IMG/VR virus record: IMGVR_UViG_3300047561_000814
Coordinates: 32,001-96,000 of that record
Direction: 5' to 3' (one strand)
Length of the DNA: 64,000 bases
Origin: a virus
Taxonomy: Duplodnaviria > Caudoviricetes
Shown one piece after another: positions 29,027 to 38,830 of this stretch. The notes beneath the pieces were generated by a model that did not search any database, was not told the origin of the DNA, and saw nothing but the letters and a program-made list of their open reading frames with translations. Position numbers and translations under genes: made by a program. Numbering within the stretch: position 1 is the stretch's first letter; the number at the start of each line of letters is the position of its first letter.

Positions 29027-29395
29027 ATGGCTGATACATACACACCTACTTCAGGTATGAAGGCTGCTGCTCGTCGTGCTTTAAAATGGAAAGCAGATGG
29101 CAAGGCAACTGGTGCAGGAACTCCAGTAGGTTGGGGTAGAGCAACAGATATTGTAAATGGATCTGCTATGTCTCTTAGTACTGTTAAGAGAATGTATTCT
29201 TTTTTTTCCCGTCATGAGGTAGATAAAAAGGGTAAGGGTTTTTATTCTGGTCCAGATTTTCCATCTAATGGAAAAATTATGTGGGATGCTTGGGGTGGCG
29301 ATGCAGGATTTTCATGGAGCCGTGCAATTGTAGAAAGAGAAAAAAAGAAAGTAGAAAAGGTTTGGCAGGGAACTGCCTTTGATCTAAGAAAGTAG
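29027..29395 (+). CDS. conserved phage protein
   Basis: GTPVG..RA, MYSFFSRHE, WGG.AG..W. Confidence 0.65.
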   Translation: MADTYTPTSGMKAAARRALKWKADGKATGAGTPVGWGRATDIVNGSAMSLSTVKRMYSFFSRHEVDKKGKGFYSGPDFPSNGKIMWDAWGGDAGFSWSRAIVEREKKKVEKVWQGTAFDLRK

Positions 29396-29402
29396 TGGGT
29401 AT

Positions 29403-29564
29403 ATGGATAATTTAGAAAAAAATGAGTTAATTCAGTTAATATCATTTTATAAGCAAAAACTATCTGACGTAGAACTAGAGTCATTAAAACTACAACTTGA
29501 AGTTAATAAACTTAACTCTATGGTTTTAGGCTTGAGCAAAGAATCAGTTAAAAAAACTAAATAA
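29403..29564 (+). CDS. small coiled-coil protein (not in ORF track)
   Basis: MDNLEKNELIQLI... fills the intergenic gap. Confidence 0.5.
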   Translation: MDNLEKNELIQLISFYKQKLSDVELESLKLQLEVNKLNSMVLGLSKESVKKTK

Positions 29565-29565
29565 A

Positions 29566-29994
29566 ATGGAATATTTATTAGTTATGGGCTTGACATTGCT
29601 GGCCTACTGGTCTATAATTAAGATATCAAATAAAAAAAGAATATCATTTTTAAAAAAAATTAAATATCGGCAAAGCAATATTCATGAAATGATTAAAGAT
29701 GTTATTCCAAAAGAAAGGTTTGAGAAGCCTAAGTTTATTACTCAATCTCAAAGACATATTCAAAAAAATATGTTAAAAGTAGTAATAGAAAAAGATAAAG
29801 CATATTGGATAATGGATAATGTTTTTTATACTGCTGATGCTATTAATGGCAGGGTAGATGAAAATACAGCAAAACCATTAGATATTGAAAATATGCCAAC
29901 AAAAGAATTAGATAATATGTTATCAATACTTGATGACTTAAAACAAGGAGTGGGACCAAATGATAGTGGCAGTACAGGGAACAAAAGAGTTTAA
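29566..29994 (+). CDS. hypothetical protein with N-terminal TM
   Basis: 142-aa ORF. Confidence 0.55.
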   Translation: MEYLLVMGLTLLAYWSIIKISNKKRISFLKKIKYRQSNIHEMIKDVIPKERFEKPKFITQSQRHIQKNMLKVVIEKDKAYWIMDNVFYTADAINGRVDENTAKPLDIENMPTKELDNMLSILDDLKQGVGPNDSGSTGNKRV

Positions 29995-30310
29995 CCAGTA
30001 CAACATTTTTCTACGTGCCATGAGTGTTGCCTTATCAGGAATGAAAGATGAAGATAGTGAGTTCATTATTTATTCCGCTGGCCCATCAAAAATAAATAAT
30101 TTTGTTTCAGAGTTCTCTAATTTATCAGAACGTGGAATGAAGGCAAGAGGCAAAAAAATTAAATTTTATAATGTAGCACCCGTATGGTTGAGTGAGCATA
30201 TAAAGCAAATTAATTATTTTGCTTTTTTAAGTAATCCAAAAGAACCAAAATCAAAATTGGTTTTAACTGCAGAAGCAAACAACATTGACGTTGGTCTTTT
30301 TAAGTATTAG
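29960..30310 (+). CDS. hypothetical protein (possible SLOG-like fold)
   Basis: MIVAVQG start, GGAG RBS. Confidence 0.45.
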   Translation: MIVAVQGTKEFNQYNIFLRAMSVALSGMKDEDSEFIIYSAGPSKINNFVSEFSNLSERGMKARGKKIKFYNVAPVWLSEHIKQINYFAFLSNPKEPKSKLVLTAEANNIDVGLFKY

Positions 30311-30318
30311 GAGAAAAA

Positions 30319-30528
30319 ATGATTATTAGAAGTTTAAAGACAATGGAAAAAATTGTAAATAAAAACGAAAACCTTATTTGGCATGCGTGGGATGTAATTG
30401 ATTTAAAAGAATCTGATACAGCAAAAACCTCTCCTATGGGCATTAGAGTAAAAAACAAATGGTATCTGCATAGAATTTATAAGCCTGGTCGCAATGGTTG
30501 GGATATACCAAATAAGTATAAGGATTAA
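30319..30528 (+). CDS. hypothetical protein
   Basis: AGGAG RBS. Confidence 0.6.
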   Translation: MIIRSLKTMEKIVNKNENLIWHAWDVIDLKESDTAKTSPMGIRVKNKWYLHRIYKPGRNGWDIPNKYKD

Positions 30529-30530
30529 CC

Positions 30531-30815
30531 TTGAAACAGCATTTATGGAAAGACCAAGCCTTGTGTTTGGGAACGGATAACAACGCATTTTTTGATAAAT
30601 ACGAAGACCATGAGGGATCTAGAAGAGACATTGATTCACTTTGCAAACAGTGCCCAGTTAGAAAAGTATGCTTTGCTAATGGCGTTTCAGGAAAAGAGTG
30701 GGGTGTTTGGGGTGGGGTATACTTAGAAGGTGGAGAAGTTTCAAGAGAGTTTAATAAACATAAAACCAAAGAAGATTGGTCTAAAACATGGCAATCACTA
30801 ACAATGGAGGAATAG
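30531..30815 (+). CDS. whiB: WhiB-family Fe-S transcription factor
   Basis: Four Cys (ALC, LCKQC, VC) and GVWGG turn. Confidence 0.93.
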   Translation: MKQHLWKDQALCLGTDNNAFFDKYEDHEGSRRDIDSLCKQCPVRKVCFANGVSGKEWGVWGGVYLEGGEVSREFNKHKTKEDWSKTWQSLTMEE

Positions 30816-30819
30816 TAAA

Positions 30820-31575
30820 ATGATTATACAAATTATAGGTTTACCAGGATCTGGCAAAACGACATTAGCAAAAGAATTAGTAAAAAAAATTAATGCAATT
30901 CATCTCAATGCTGATGAAGTAAGATCTGATTTAAATAAAGACTTAGGTTTTACCTTAGAAGATAGGATTGAGCAGTCTCGTCGTATGGGGGCTTTGTCAA
31001 GACTTCTTTCAAATCAGGGGTATGACGTTGTTGTAGACTTTGTTAATCCAACAAAAGAAACAAGAGATGCTTTTGGAAAACCAGATAGACTTATTTGGAT
31101 GAATACATTTGAAAAAAGTAAATATCCAGATACAGACAAAATGTTTCAATATCCAGAAACTTTTGATATGTGTTTTGATAAAACAATTCCAATGGAAGAA
31201 AGAATTAACATAATCATTGAAGGTTTTGGATTACATGACTGGAGCAAGCCAACTACATTAATGCTTGGTCGTTATCAACCATGGCATGAAGGACATCATG
31301 CTCTTTATACAGAAGCGCAAAATCGTACAGAGCAAGTAATGGTTGGCGTTAGGGATACACATGGAACAACAGAGAAAGATCCTCTTACCTTTGATGAAGT
31401 AAGAGAATATATATCAAAAGATTCATACATGGATAAAGCAATGGTAATTAAAATGCCAAACATTACAAATATTGTTTATGGTCGTGATGTAGGATATAAG
31501 ATTGAACAAGTAGATTTGGGGGCAGACATTCATGCTATTTCGGCTACTGAAAAACGTAAAGAATTGGGTATTTAG
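30820..31575 (+). CDS. adenylylsulfate-kinase-like domain fused to an HxGH nucleotidyltransferase domain
   Basis: GLPGSGKT, ADEVR..LN.DLGF..EDR; GRYQPWHEGH, ISAT..R. Confidence 0.8.
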   Translation: MIIQIIGLPGSGKTTLAKELVKKINAIHLNADEVRSDLNKDLGFTLEDRIEQSRRMGALSRLLSNQGYDVVVDFVNPTKETRDAFGKPDRLIWMNTFEKSKYPDTDKMFQYPETFDMCFDKTIPMEERINIIIEGFGLHDWSKPTTLMLGRYQPWHEGHHALYTEAQNRTEQVMVGVRDTHGTTEKDPLTFDEVREYISKDSYMDKAMVIKMPNITNIVYGRDVGYKIEQVDLGADIHAISATEKRKELGI

Positions 31576-31640
31576 TTTTGGGAAAGGCATTGCAGATGCA
31601 GAAGATAGATTTGTTAAAAGCATGTTTGAAGAAGATATAG

Positions 31641-31847
31641 ATGATGAAAGTAACAAAGACTAGATCATTTATTAAAGCATTAAGTTATAGAATTTGGGGA
31701 ACCCTTTCATCTGTTGCTGTTGCTTATGTTATTACAAAAAATGCTTCACTTTCTATAACAATTGCTTTTTGGGAAACCGTTGTTAAAATATTTATTTACT
31801 ACGCACATGAGCGTGGCTGGAATAAAGTTCAGTGGGGAAGAAAATGA
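31641..31847 (+). CDS. DUF2061-like membrane protein
   Basis: RS.IKA.SYR...YY.HER.W...WG. Confidence 0.8.
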   Translation: MMKVTKTRSFIKALSYRIWGTLSSVAVAYVITKNASLSITIAFWETVVKIFIYYAHERGWNKVQWGRK

Positions 31848-32077
31848 TGTATACGGAAGAAATGCGTAGGGCTGTGCATTCAATTACACCGCCTAAAGGA
31901 TTTGGCGTTGAGATTATTGACAATGAGCACTTCCTTACGGTAAAATTAGATGAAAGAAAATTTTTGCACATGGTGCATGATGATAAAATATCAGCGCTCC
32001 AGTATGTAGTAAAAATAAAAAAGGCTTTAGAGGAGTGTGCTGCTATAGTTTTAGTAACTAGGGAGGCAATAAAATGA
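31844..32077 (+). CDS. hypothetical protein
   Basis: Coupled ORF. Confidence 0.55.
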   Translation: MMYTEEMRRAVHSITPPKGFGVEIIDNEHFLTVKLDERKFLHMVHDDKISALQYVVKIKKALEECAAIVLVTREAIK

Positions 32078-32329
32078 TAAAACAATTTAGTCTGTTTTTT
32101 ATTTGTAAAATAAAATCACATAACTTTGTTGACGCTGGTTCTTGTCCATTTACTGGTAAAACCTATGTAGCCTGCCTAAGATGTGGAGCAACAATAACAA
32201 AATGAAAAAAAAAATAATTATATTAGTATTATCAACTATATCTGCTCTTGTTGCAGTTAGTTTATTTTTTGCTTCAAGGCTTAGTCAATTATCAGACTTA
32301 GATTTATTTGACATTGAAGAAGATGATTA

Positions 32330-32818
32330 ATGCAAACATTTTTACCATATAAAGACTTTGATCAATGTGCTGAATCTCTTGACAATAAACGTTTAAATAA
32401 GCAAATATTAGAGTCCTATCAAATACTCAAAGTCTTATCTGGTCAATCCCCTTCAGGTGCATGGCGCAACCATCCAGCGGTACTTATGTGGAAAAATGCT
32501 GAAAAGTCATTACGTATATACGTTAATGCCATGATTAAAGAGGCTAGACTTAGAGGTATTAGGACAGATGGCAATGAGTCCAACCTAGACGCCTTAGAGG
32601 CCGTTTCTGGGCATCTGTGGGGTACTCAGAAGCCAGTCTGGAGTCAGGTATCTCATGTAAATCGTGTCAATATTACCCATAGGGCTAATCTTTATCGTAA
32701 AGATCATATTTATTATGCAGAGTTTTATAAAGATACTAAAAGTGAATATAACAAGCCTTGTTGTGATAAATGTTTATATTATTGGACAACTCACGCTATT
32801 AGGAATGGAGTACAATAG
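32330..32818 (+). CDS. pyrimidine-dimer DNA glycosylase / endonuclease V-like
   Basis: MQTFLP, LD.KRL.KQ..E, HPA..MW, H...L..KD. Confidence 0.85.
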   Translation: MQTFLPYKDFDQCAESLDNKRLNKQILESYQILKVLSGQSPSGAWRNHPAVLMWKNAEKSLRIYVNAMIKEARLRGIRTDGNESNLDALEAVSGHLWGTQKPVWSQVSHVNRVNITHRANLYRKDHIYYAEFYKDTKSEYNKPCCDKCLYYWTTHAIRNGVQ

Positions 32819-32823
32819 ATAGT

Positions 32824-33186
32824 ATGGAGATGATGTTTCTGATATTTTTTGCCACCCTGTCTTTTTCCTTTGGACTATCCTATTGGGCTACCCTTGATAA
32901 ACTAAAAAAGTCTAACCTATTATTGGCTGAACTTTTTATAAAAAACAGGGCACTTGAAGAATTAAACTCTCAAGCCAATAGTGGTATCAACATGTCTGAC
33001 GACACACTACATAAAGAAAACTTTATAAAATTCCTATCTGATTCTAGAGACTGGGCATTTGAATATATTGAAAAGTCACAGCAAACAATTAAAGAGGTTT
33101 CTGATGAATTGAAGGTAAAAGGTTTGGATAAATACTCCGATAAACTTTTAGCGCTTTTACCAGAAATAAATCAAGGGAAAAAATAA
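32824..33186 (+). CDS. hypothetical protein with N-terminal TM
   Basis: 120-aa ORF, leaderless-type start. Confidence 0.55.
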   Translation: MEMMFLIFFATLSFSFGLSYWATLDKLKKSNLLLAELFIKNRALEELNSQANSGINMSDDTLHKENFIKFLSDSRDWAFEYIEKSQQTIKEVSDELKVKGLDKYSDKLLALLPEINQGKK

Positions 33187-33187
33187 T

Positions 33188-33346
33188 ATGAAAGATGTTC
33201 TGTTATCAATTATCACAGGTTTTGGATGCGGTGTCGTGTTCGCAGCATTCAAATTGCCAGTACCAGCACCACCAGTTTTTGCGGGAGTCGCAGGAATTAT
33301 TGGTTTATGGATTGGCTATAAAACACTAACACAGATTATATCCTAG
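33188..33346 (+). CDS. XapX/DUF1427-like membrane protein (not in ORF track)
   Basis: G.VFAAFKLPVPAPP..AG..GI.G.W.G. Confidence 0.8.
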   Translation: MKDVLLSIITGFGCGVVFAAFKLPVPAPPVFAGVAGIIGLWIGYKTLTQIIS

Positions 33347-33354
33347 GAGGAATA

Positions 33355-33633
33355 ATGAATAACATACTAAATGATAAGACAAAGGCAATGCTGGCATCAT
33401 ATGGACGATCAGTTCTTGGTTCAGTAATTGCACTTTACATGGCTGGCGTAACAGATCCAAAAGATCTATGGACTGCATTAATTGCTGCCCTGGCGCCCGT
33501 TGCATTGAGAGCACTTAATCCAAATGACAAATCTTTTGGCGTATTGCCAGATACAGGAGCCATTTCAGATGCTCTTGCTAAAATTGTTCCAGTTAAAAGT
33601 GCACCAAAAAAGAAGACTGCTAAGAAAAAGTAG
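33355..33633 (+). CDS. holin-like membrane protein
   Basis: AGGAGG RBS; two TMs; RALNP.D motif; basic tail. Confidence 0.55.
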   Translation: MNNILNDKTKAMLASYGRSVLGSVIALYMAGVTDPKDLWTALIAALAPVALRALNPNDKSFGVLPDTGAISDALAKIVPVKSAPKKKTAKKK

Positions 33634-33644
33634 TTTATTATATA

Positions 33645-33684
33645 AAGGGGGCAAACTTAAAAACTTGCCCTCTTTATTTTTTTT
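33645..33684 (+). terminator. probable intrinsic terminator
   Basis: AAGGGGGCAA...TTGCCCTCTT then T run. Confidence 0.65.
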
Positions 33685-33697
33685 ATAATGGGGATTA

Positions 33698-34390
33698 ATG
33701 GATTTTGTATATATATGTAAAGATGGAATAAACGAAGAATTAAAGTATTCAATTAGATCTGTCGTTGAAAGTTTTCCAGAAGCAAACATATGGGTTGTTG
33801 GCGGTAAGCCTGATTGGTATGTAGGCAATTATATAAAAGTAGAACAAAAAGAATCAAAGTATAAAAATGCTGTAAAAAATTTAGAAACAATTTGTTTTTC
33901 ACAAGAAATATCAAAATCTTTTATTTTAATGAATGATGACTTTTATATCATTAAAAAAATAAATAGAATAGAAAATTTTCATAGTGGCTTCTTATTAGAT
34001 AAAATAAACTTATACCAAAAATTAAATGGCAACTCTCAGTACACCAGAAAACTTTCAGGAACATATAAGAAACTTAAAGCGTTAGAATTTGAGAACCCGC
34101 TAGACTATGAACTCCACGTTCCAATGATTATGGAAAAAGAAAAATTAAAGATAGTGTTAGAACTTTTAGATCAGTTTTTATGGAGATCTATATATGGAAA
34201 CAAGTTTAATGTTGGTGGCACACAAATGGAAGACGTAAAGGTTTACAATTCTGGACCATTAGTTCTTAAGTCTTATAATTTAAACATAGATGATCATACA
34301 TATTTATCTAGTTCCGATAGTTCATTTAATAATATATTTAATAAAATACTTAAAGACAAGTTTAACAAAAAAACTAGATTTGAGCAATAA
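33698..34390 (+). CDS. Stealth-family-like hexose-1-phosphate transferase
   Basis: DFVY, EELKYSIRSV, FILMNDDF, H.P motifs. Confidence 0.6.
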   Translation: MDFVYICKDGINEELKYSIRSVVESFPEANIWVVGGKPDWYVGNYIKVEQKESKYKNAVKNLETICFSQEISKSFILMNDDFYIIKKINRIENFHSGFLLDKINLYQKLNGNSQYTRKLSGTYKKLKALEFENPLDYELHVPMIMEKEKLKIVLELLDQFLWRSIYGNKFNVGGTQMEDVKVYNSGPLVLKSYNLNIDDHTYLSSSDSSFNNIFNKILKDKFNKKTRFEQ

Positions 34391-35411
34391 GTTCTAGGTA
34401 TTTATCTTTTAATATTGTTGGAGAAAAGTTGTTAAACCCTAACTCGTAAGCCTGTTGTTTATAAATAGTTTTATCATTGATAGACATGTACTTATCAATT
34501 GTTTGTGCTAACAAAACATTATTTGCTTCAACCAAATCAATTCTAACCTTTGTTCTAATGGTTCCAATGGAATCTGAGTCAACTAACCAATCTTGTGGCA
34601 AGATCTGGTTATTGGGTGAAACATTTGTCATAAAAACGGGGAGACCAGAAAGCAAAGCCTCATTCATTGGCAAACACAGTCCTGCATATCGTCTAGGCAA
34701 TACCATAGCATCAAAGCCATTGTATAGGTCTTCCCTGTTTTCTGGATTGCCAATTTCAATCTTTAGCCTTGAGTCTGTTACATTAGTTACTACTTCACTT
34801 TGACTTCTAATAACTAATTCATAATCAGCCTTAGAGTGTTTTAACATATTAATTACAGTTTCAGTACCGTTTCTATCTTTGGCTGCCTTCTTACCAGCAA
34901 TGTGTAATAACCTATTATGTGATTTAGAAATGTTATTGTTTTTTACACTTGTAAATAACTCAGGACTGGTTGGTGGCGGAAGATGAATTACCTTTGTTCT
35001 ATCTCCAAACATATTTTTAATTGTTTCAATTTGCCATAAACTAGGAGATAACAATACAGTTGGTAGCGGTAGTTCTGGGTTTGATAAATGACCAAACAGT
35101 TCATAGTTATACTGAAGAATAGTTTTTACGCCACGCCTATTTGCAAACCTTACAAAATTTTGATCATAAAAGGTTTCACAACTCAAGACAACATCTACAT
35201 CTCCTAAAAACATTTTTATCTGTTGAACAGATGGAAAACCTTGTGTCTTAATGCAACTATATTGGTCATACCAGTGTGGATGTTGCTTGTTGTTATTAAA
35301 CGGGGTAGAGTCAATTAAAAGAATCTTATCAGGGTTAAGCATATTAACTAACTCTTTAGTCTGATTACCAAGGCCAGTATTGTCTGATCTTGCTATAATT
35401 CCTAGTCTCAT
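34374..35411 (-). CDS. GT-B glycosyltransferase (GT4-like)
   Basis: P.R..GL.LP..EA...GLPV..T. Confidence 0.8.
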   Translation of the reverse strand: MRLGIIARSDNTGLGNQTKELVNMLNPDKILLIDSTPFNNNKQHPHWYDQYSCIKTQGFPSVQQIKMFLGDVDVVLSCETFYDQNFVRFANRRGVKTILQYNYELFGHLSNPELPLPTVLLSPSLWQIETIKNMFGDRTKVIHLPPPTSPELFTSVKNNNISKSHNRLLHIAGKKAAKDRNGTETVINMLKHSKADYELVIRSQSEVVTNVTDSRLKIEIGNPENREDLYNGFDAMVLPRRYAGLCLPMNEALLSGLPVFMTNVSPNNQILPQDWLVDSDSIGTIRTKVRIDLVEANNVLLAQTIDKYMSINDKTIYKQQAYELGFNNFSPTILKDKYLELIAQI

Positions 35412-36169
35412 TCTTTATACCCCCAGATTTCATCATCGGAAGTATATTTTCTTCCACCTTGGCGACCATCTAGATGATAAGAACGCTTAATGCTTCCCTC
35501 TGGATGATAAATCCAAAGTTTATGCATTTCCCAATTTTCTTGATTAAATACTTCATATGGGAATATGTCATCTTGAATTGCTCCATGAAATGTATCTTCT
35601 ATAAAAAATTTATCTTTACATCTTGGTAGCACAATATCTTTGTAGTATTTTTTTCTACTTAAATGTGGGCGCTGACTCCATTGTATGGTTTTCATAAAGC
35701 CATCCTCTAAACCAAACATAAGGTGTTCATGCTCTTTTGGTATAAATGATTCATGGTGAAAACGAATAGTGTTTGCCTTATTGTATTCAAACATATCCAA
35801 ACACTTGTCCCAGTCTATTGGTGTATCTGAAGTCAAAGGAGCATCTCCTTCAATATAAAGCAATAGCGGTGTTTTAACTTCAGTAATTGTTTGACGCATC
35901 ATATTGGTTTGATGACTATGTTCTTTAAATATAAAAGGTAGGATGTTCTTATCTTCATGCAAACATTTCCATAAAATGCGATTTTTGTATTCATCGTAAT
36001 CTTTTTTACGATTTTTTTGTTCTTCCCTAAGACCATCTATCTGCATAATAATTTCGTTGTCTGGAAAATGAACACGAATATCACTAATGGTTTGATCTAT
36101 CATTTTTGTGCTTGGGTGATCTGTAATTACAGAAGTAGCCATGACAATCGTTATATCCCTTTTATGCAT
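35408..36169 (-). CDS. GT-A-like glycosyltransferase
   Basis: DG, LLLYIEGD, WS.RPH. Confidence 0.55.
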   Translation of the reverse strand: MHKRDITIVMATSVITDHPSTKMIDQTISDIRVHFPDNEIIMQIDGLREEQKNRKKDYDEYKNRILWKCLHEDKNILPFIFKEHSHQTNMMRQTITEVKTPLLLYIEGDAPLTSDTPIDWDKCLDMFEYNKANTIRFHHESFIPKEHEHLMFGLEDGFMKTIQWSQRPHLSRKKYYKDIVLPRCKDKFFIEDTFHGAIQDDIFPYEVFNQENWEMHKLWIYHPEGSIKRSYHLDGRQGGRKYTSDDEIWGYKE

Positions 36170-37010
36170 TTACTTGCCTCATTAACTCAATAAAAAGATC
36201 TCTTTTATATTTAATCCACCAACAAACAACTTGGTGCATTTCAGATATATAATTATTTAATAATTCAGGCAACAAATCAGATAAAGTTTGCCAATTTTCA
36301 ACAGTTTTTATTGAATGCTCACCCTGAAATAAAAAATTAAAAAAATCTGTACGTTGCATTTTTGAATCTAATTTGTCTCCTATTGGTAAACAAAGCATTT
36401 CAATTGCTTCATAAAATCTGAATGAATCAATAACCATTGCTCCGCTAGGACAAGGAACAATCTTTGATAAAAACATTTTATCGTAATATGATTTTGGACT
36501 TAAGCCTTCTGCAAAACCATTAGTTGGATTATAAAAAGAATTTGGTATATTAGGCATAACAATTGCAAGTTCTTGCCTTCTTTGATGTGTTATCTGTCCT
36601 GAAAAAAATGCATCATACGATTTATCTTGATACTCTGGTAAATTATTTGGTAAGTGTTGTGGAACACCTAATGCTAACTTATTATATTGTGAATGTTTTC
36701 TGTGCGGGTATTGAATCCAAATTTCAATATTACTATGTTCTATCTTGTCAACTTTAAATGTGGCACTTTCATCTCCAGTAATAAATAAAACTACCCTGCT
36801 TATTTTATTTAACTCTTTGGATATTTGATCCTCATAATCTACATTTTGTGGTCCAGGAATAACAACAAAGGCTCTATCTGTGTTAGGCAAGGTTGTTACC
36901 TTATCTGGTTTAATATTATTTTTATTAAAAAATTGTTTTAATAAGCCGTAATCCCATTTATCAGCAGCACAATCTTCTTTTTTAACTGAATAAAGATATG
37001 CGTTAATCAT
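36162..37010 (-). CDS. exostosin (GT47)-like glycosyltransferase
   Basis: FFSG, PCPSG, SFRFYEA..C.P. Confidence 0.7.
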   Translation of the reverse strand: MINAYLYSVKKEDCAADKWDYGLLKQFFNKNNIKPDKVTTLPNTDRAFVVIPGPQNVDYEDQISKELNKISRVVLFITGDESATFKVDKIEHSNIEIWIQYPHRKHSQYNKLALGVPQHLPNNLPEYQDKSYDAFFSGQITHQRRQELAIVMPNIPNSFYNPTNGFAEGLSPKSYYDKMFLSKIVPCPSGAMVIDSFRFYEAIEMLCLPIGDKLDSKMQRTDFFNFLFQGEHSIKTVENWQTLSDLLPELLNNYISEMHQVVCWWIKYKRDLFIELMRQVNA

Positions 37011-37624
37011 GTTAAAACCTTCCATAATTTTTCTTCTACAATAAGTTTACCAATTAAATCTTCGTCTATGTAAGATGGGTCATGTACATATGCTATCTGT
37101 GAGTTATATTTTTTGATTGCCTCAATTTTATGCTGTGTAAAATTAATTGGAATGTTTTCTAAAGTATGGACTAACTCAAACTGTTTTAATCTTTCTTTAT
37201 GTAACTCTGGATGCGACATTCTATATGGCAATTCAGCATATATAAAGTATGTTTTATTAAAACTTTTCATTAAATTAAAGAGATTGTCTGATAAAAAAAC
37301 ATGGTCTGGATGATGAATACCCAATGGAATATATACATTATCAAAATTTACAATTATATTTTTTATCCAATCAATTAAAATATCTTCATTTTGTTTTCCA
37401 TAGACATCATCTAATAAATCGCCATTAATAACCTCAGCATTTATCATGGCACAGGCTTCATCGTGCTCCTGTCTTAGTTTGATATGTTTCTTATATCCAA
37501 CTTCATCTGTTGGTATTCCAGCAAATGCAGATGCAATAGTAAAAGAATCCTCATTGTCAATAATATGATCACCTAATGAAAAGATTGCGTCATCTGTATG
37601 TGGACAAAATATTAAATTATTCAT
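37007..37624 (-). CDS. PIG-L/LmbE-family deacetylase
   Basis: PHTDD, R..E, HPDH, Y.SQ. Confidence 0.9.
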   Translation of the reverse strand: MNNLIFCPHTDDAIFSLGDHIIDNEDSFTIASAFAGIPTDEVGYKKHIKLRQEHDEACAMINAEVINGDLLDDVYGKQNEDILIDWIKNIIVNFDNVYIPLGIHHPDHVFLSDNLFNLMKSFNKTYFIYAELPYRMSHPELHKERLKQFELVHTLENIPINFTQHKIEAIKKYNSQIAYVHDPSYIDEDLIGKLIVEEKLWKVLT

Positions 37625-38324
37625 AAAATAAATGTACCTCATGTTGATAATCTAAAAGAGTTTCCTTATATCCTAATCCTTTTATCCATTGTCTAAGATC
37701 ATGTAATGCCTCATTCCACTGTTGCAACATAAATTCAGGGTGTCCAGATAACCAAATCTTAGGTTTATGCTCTCTAAGCACCCTCTCAGCCCCTCCTAGG
37801 ACCCTCCATTCACTACCTTCTACGTCCAAAGAAATGGCGGTAGGTGGTTTAATACCGTGATCATATACACAAGAATCTATAGTAATCTGACCATAGGTTT
37901 CTCCTTCAAGGTATAGTTCTTTGAATCCGTGGGCTATTTCAATAACATCATTGACTTCTGGTGGCCATTCATTATAATAAATACGTGAAAGACTGTTTAT
38001 CTTATCAGATGCAAAGCCAGGTATACATACCATTGGAATTTTTAAGTTATTGGCAGACCAAGTTATAGGAAAATGTGACCACACCTTGGGATTTGGTTCA
38101 AATAAAACTAATTCTGCGCCCCACATTTGACATAGTGCTGGAAACTCTCCTTCTTCTGCACCCACATAATAAACAATATCTCCATTACCAATATTTTTAT
38201 GCATTGATTTTAGTCTTAATTTTTCCCATCCATGAGGCTGGTACCAATCTGGTCTATCTGCACGATGTTTTGGCAAGATCATTTCAAACTCTCCGTTTAA
38301 AACTGCTTTGACCATCTCTGTCAT
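37617..38324 (-). CDS. FkbM-family methyltransferase
   Basis: VGA..G, FEP, LDVEGSE.RVL.G. Confidence 0.85.
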   Translation of the reverse strand: MTEMVKAVLNGEFEMILPKHRADRPDWYQPHGWEKLRLKSMHKNIGNGDIVYYVGAEEGEFPALCQMWGAELVLFEPNPKVWSHFPITWSANNLKIPMVCIPGFASDKINSLSRIYYNEWPPEVNDVIEIAHGFKELYLEGETYGQITIDSCVYDHGIKPPTAISLDVEGSEWRVLGGAERVLREHKPKIWLSGHPEFMLQQWNEALHDLRQWIKGLGYKETLLDYQHEVHLFYE

Positions 38325-38830
38325 TTCATTGCCTCCATAAAATAAAATTCATGTTCTCTTGTATCAAGTTCATAAATTTTTTCATTTGATAATACTGTTT
38401 CTTTATATTTTACTTTTGTTATATTTTTAAACCCAGAGTCGTGTAGTTTATACTCTAACGCTTTATCTGTTAGTAATGATCTTGATGTTGAATACCACGT
38501 CAACCAAGCAGAAAAACGTCTATCTAAAATATCTTCAGAGTTGGGGAAAAAGTTAATGTTATTATTTTTATATGCATCAAATCCAGAAACAATATCTGGC
38601 AAACTAATTCTAACGACACCGCCAGGCTTTAATACACGAATAAACTCTAGTAGTGTTGTTTTAATTTCAAGATAGGGTATTGCACATATTGTTGCATGTG
38701 AAACTATAATATCACATGAATTATCTGGAATTGAATGTAAATTTTTGTGTTCTGTTTTATATTCAGGATCAAGGTCTATGTTTATCCAATCAAACGGCTG
38801 AATGCTACCACAACCAAAGTTTATGTTCAT
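38321..38830 (-). CDS. class I SAM methyltransferase
   Basis: NFGCG, W.NID, RVLKPGG. Confidence 0.85.
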   Translation of the reverse strand: MNINFGCGSIQPFDWINIDLDPEYKTEHKNLHSIPDNSCDIIVSHATICAIPYLEIKTTLLEFIRVLKPGGVVRISLPDIVSGFDAYKNNNINFFPNSEDILDRRFSAWLTWYSTSRSLLTDKALEYKLHDSGFKNITKVKYKETVLSNEKIYELDTREHEFYFMEAMK

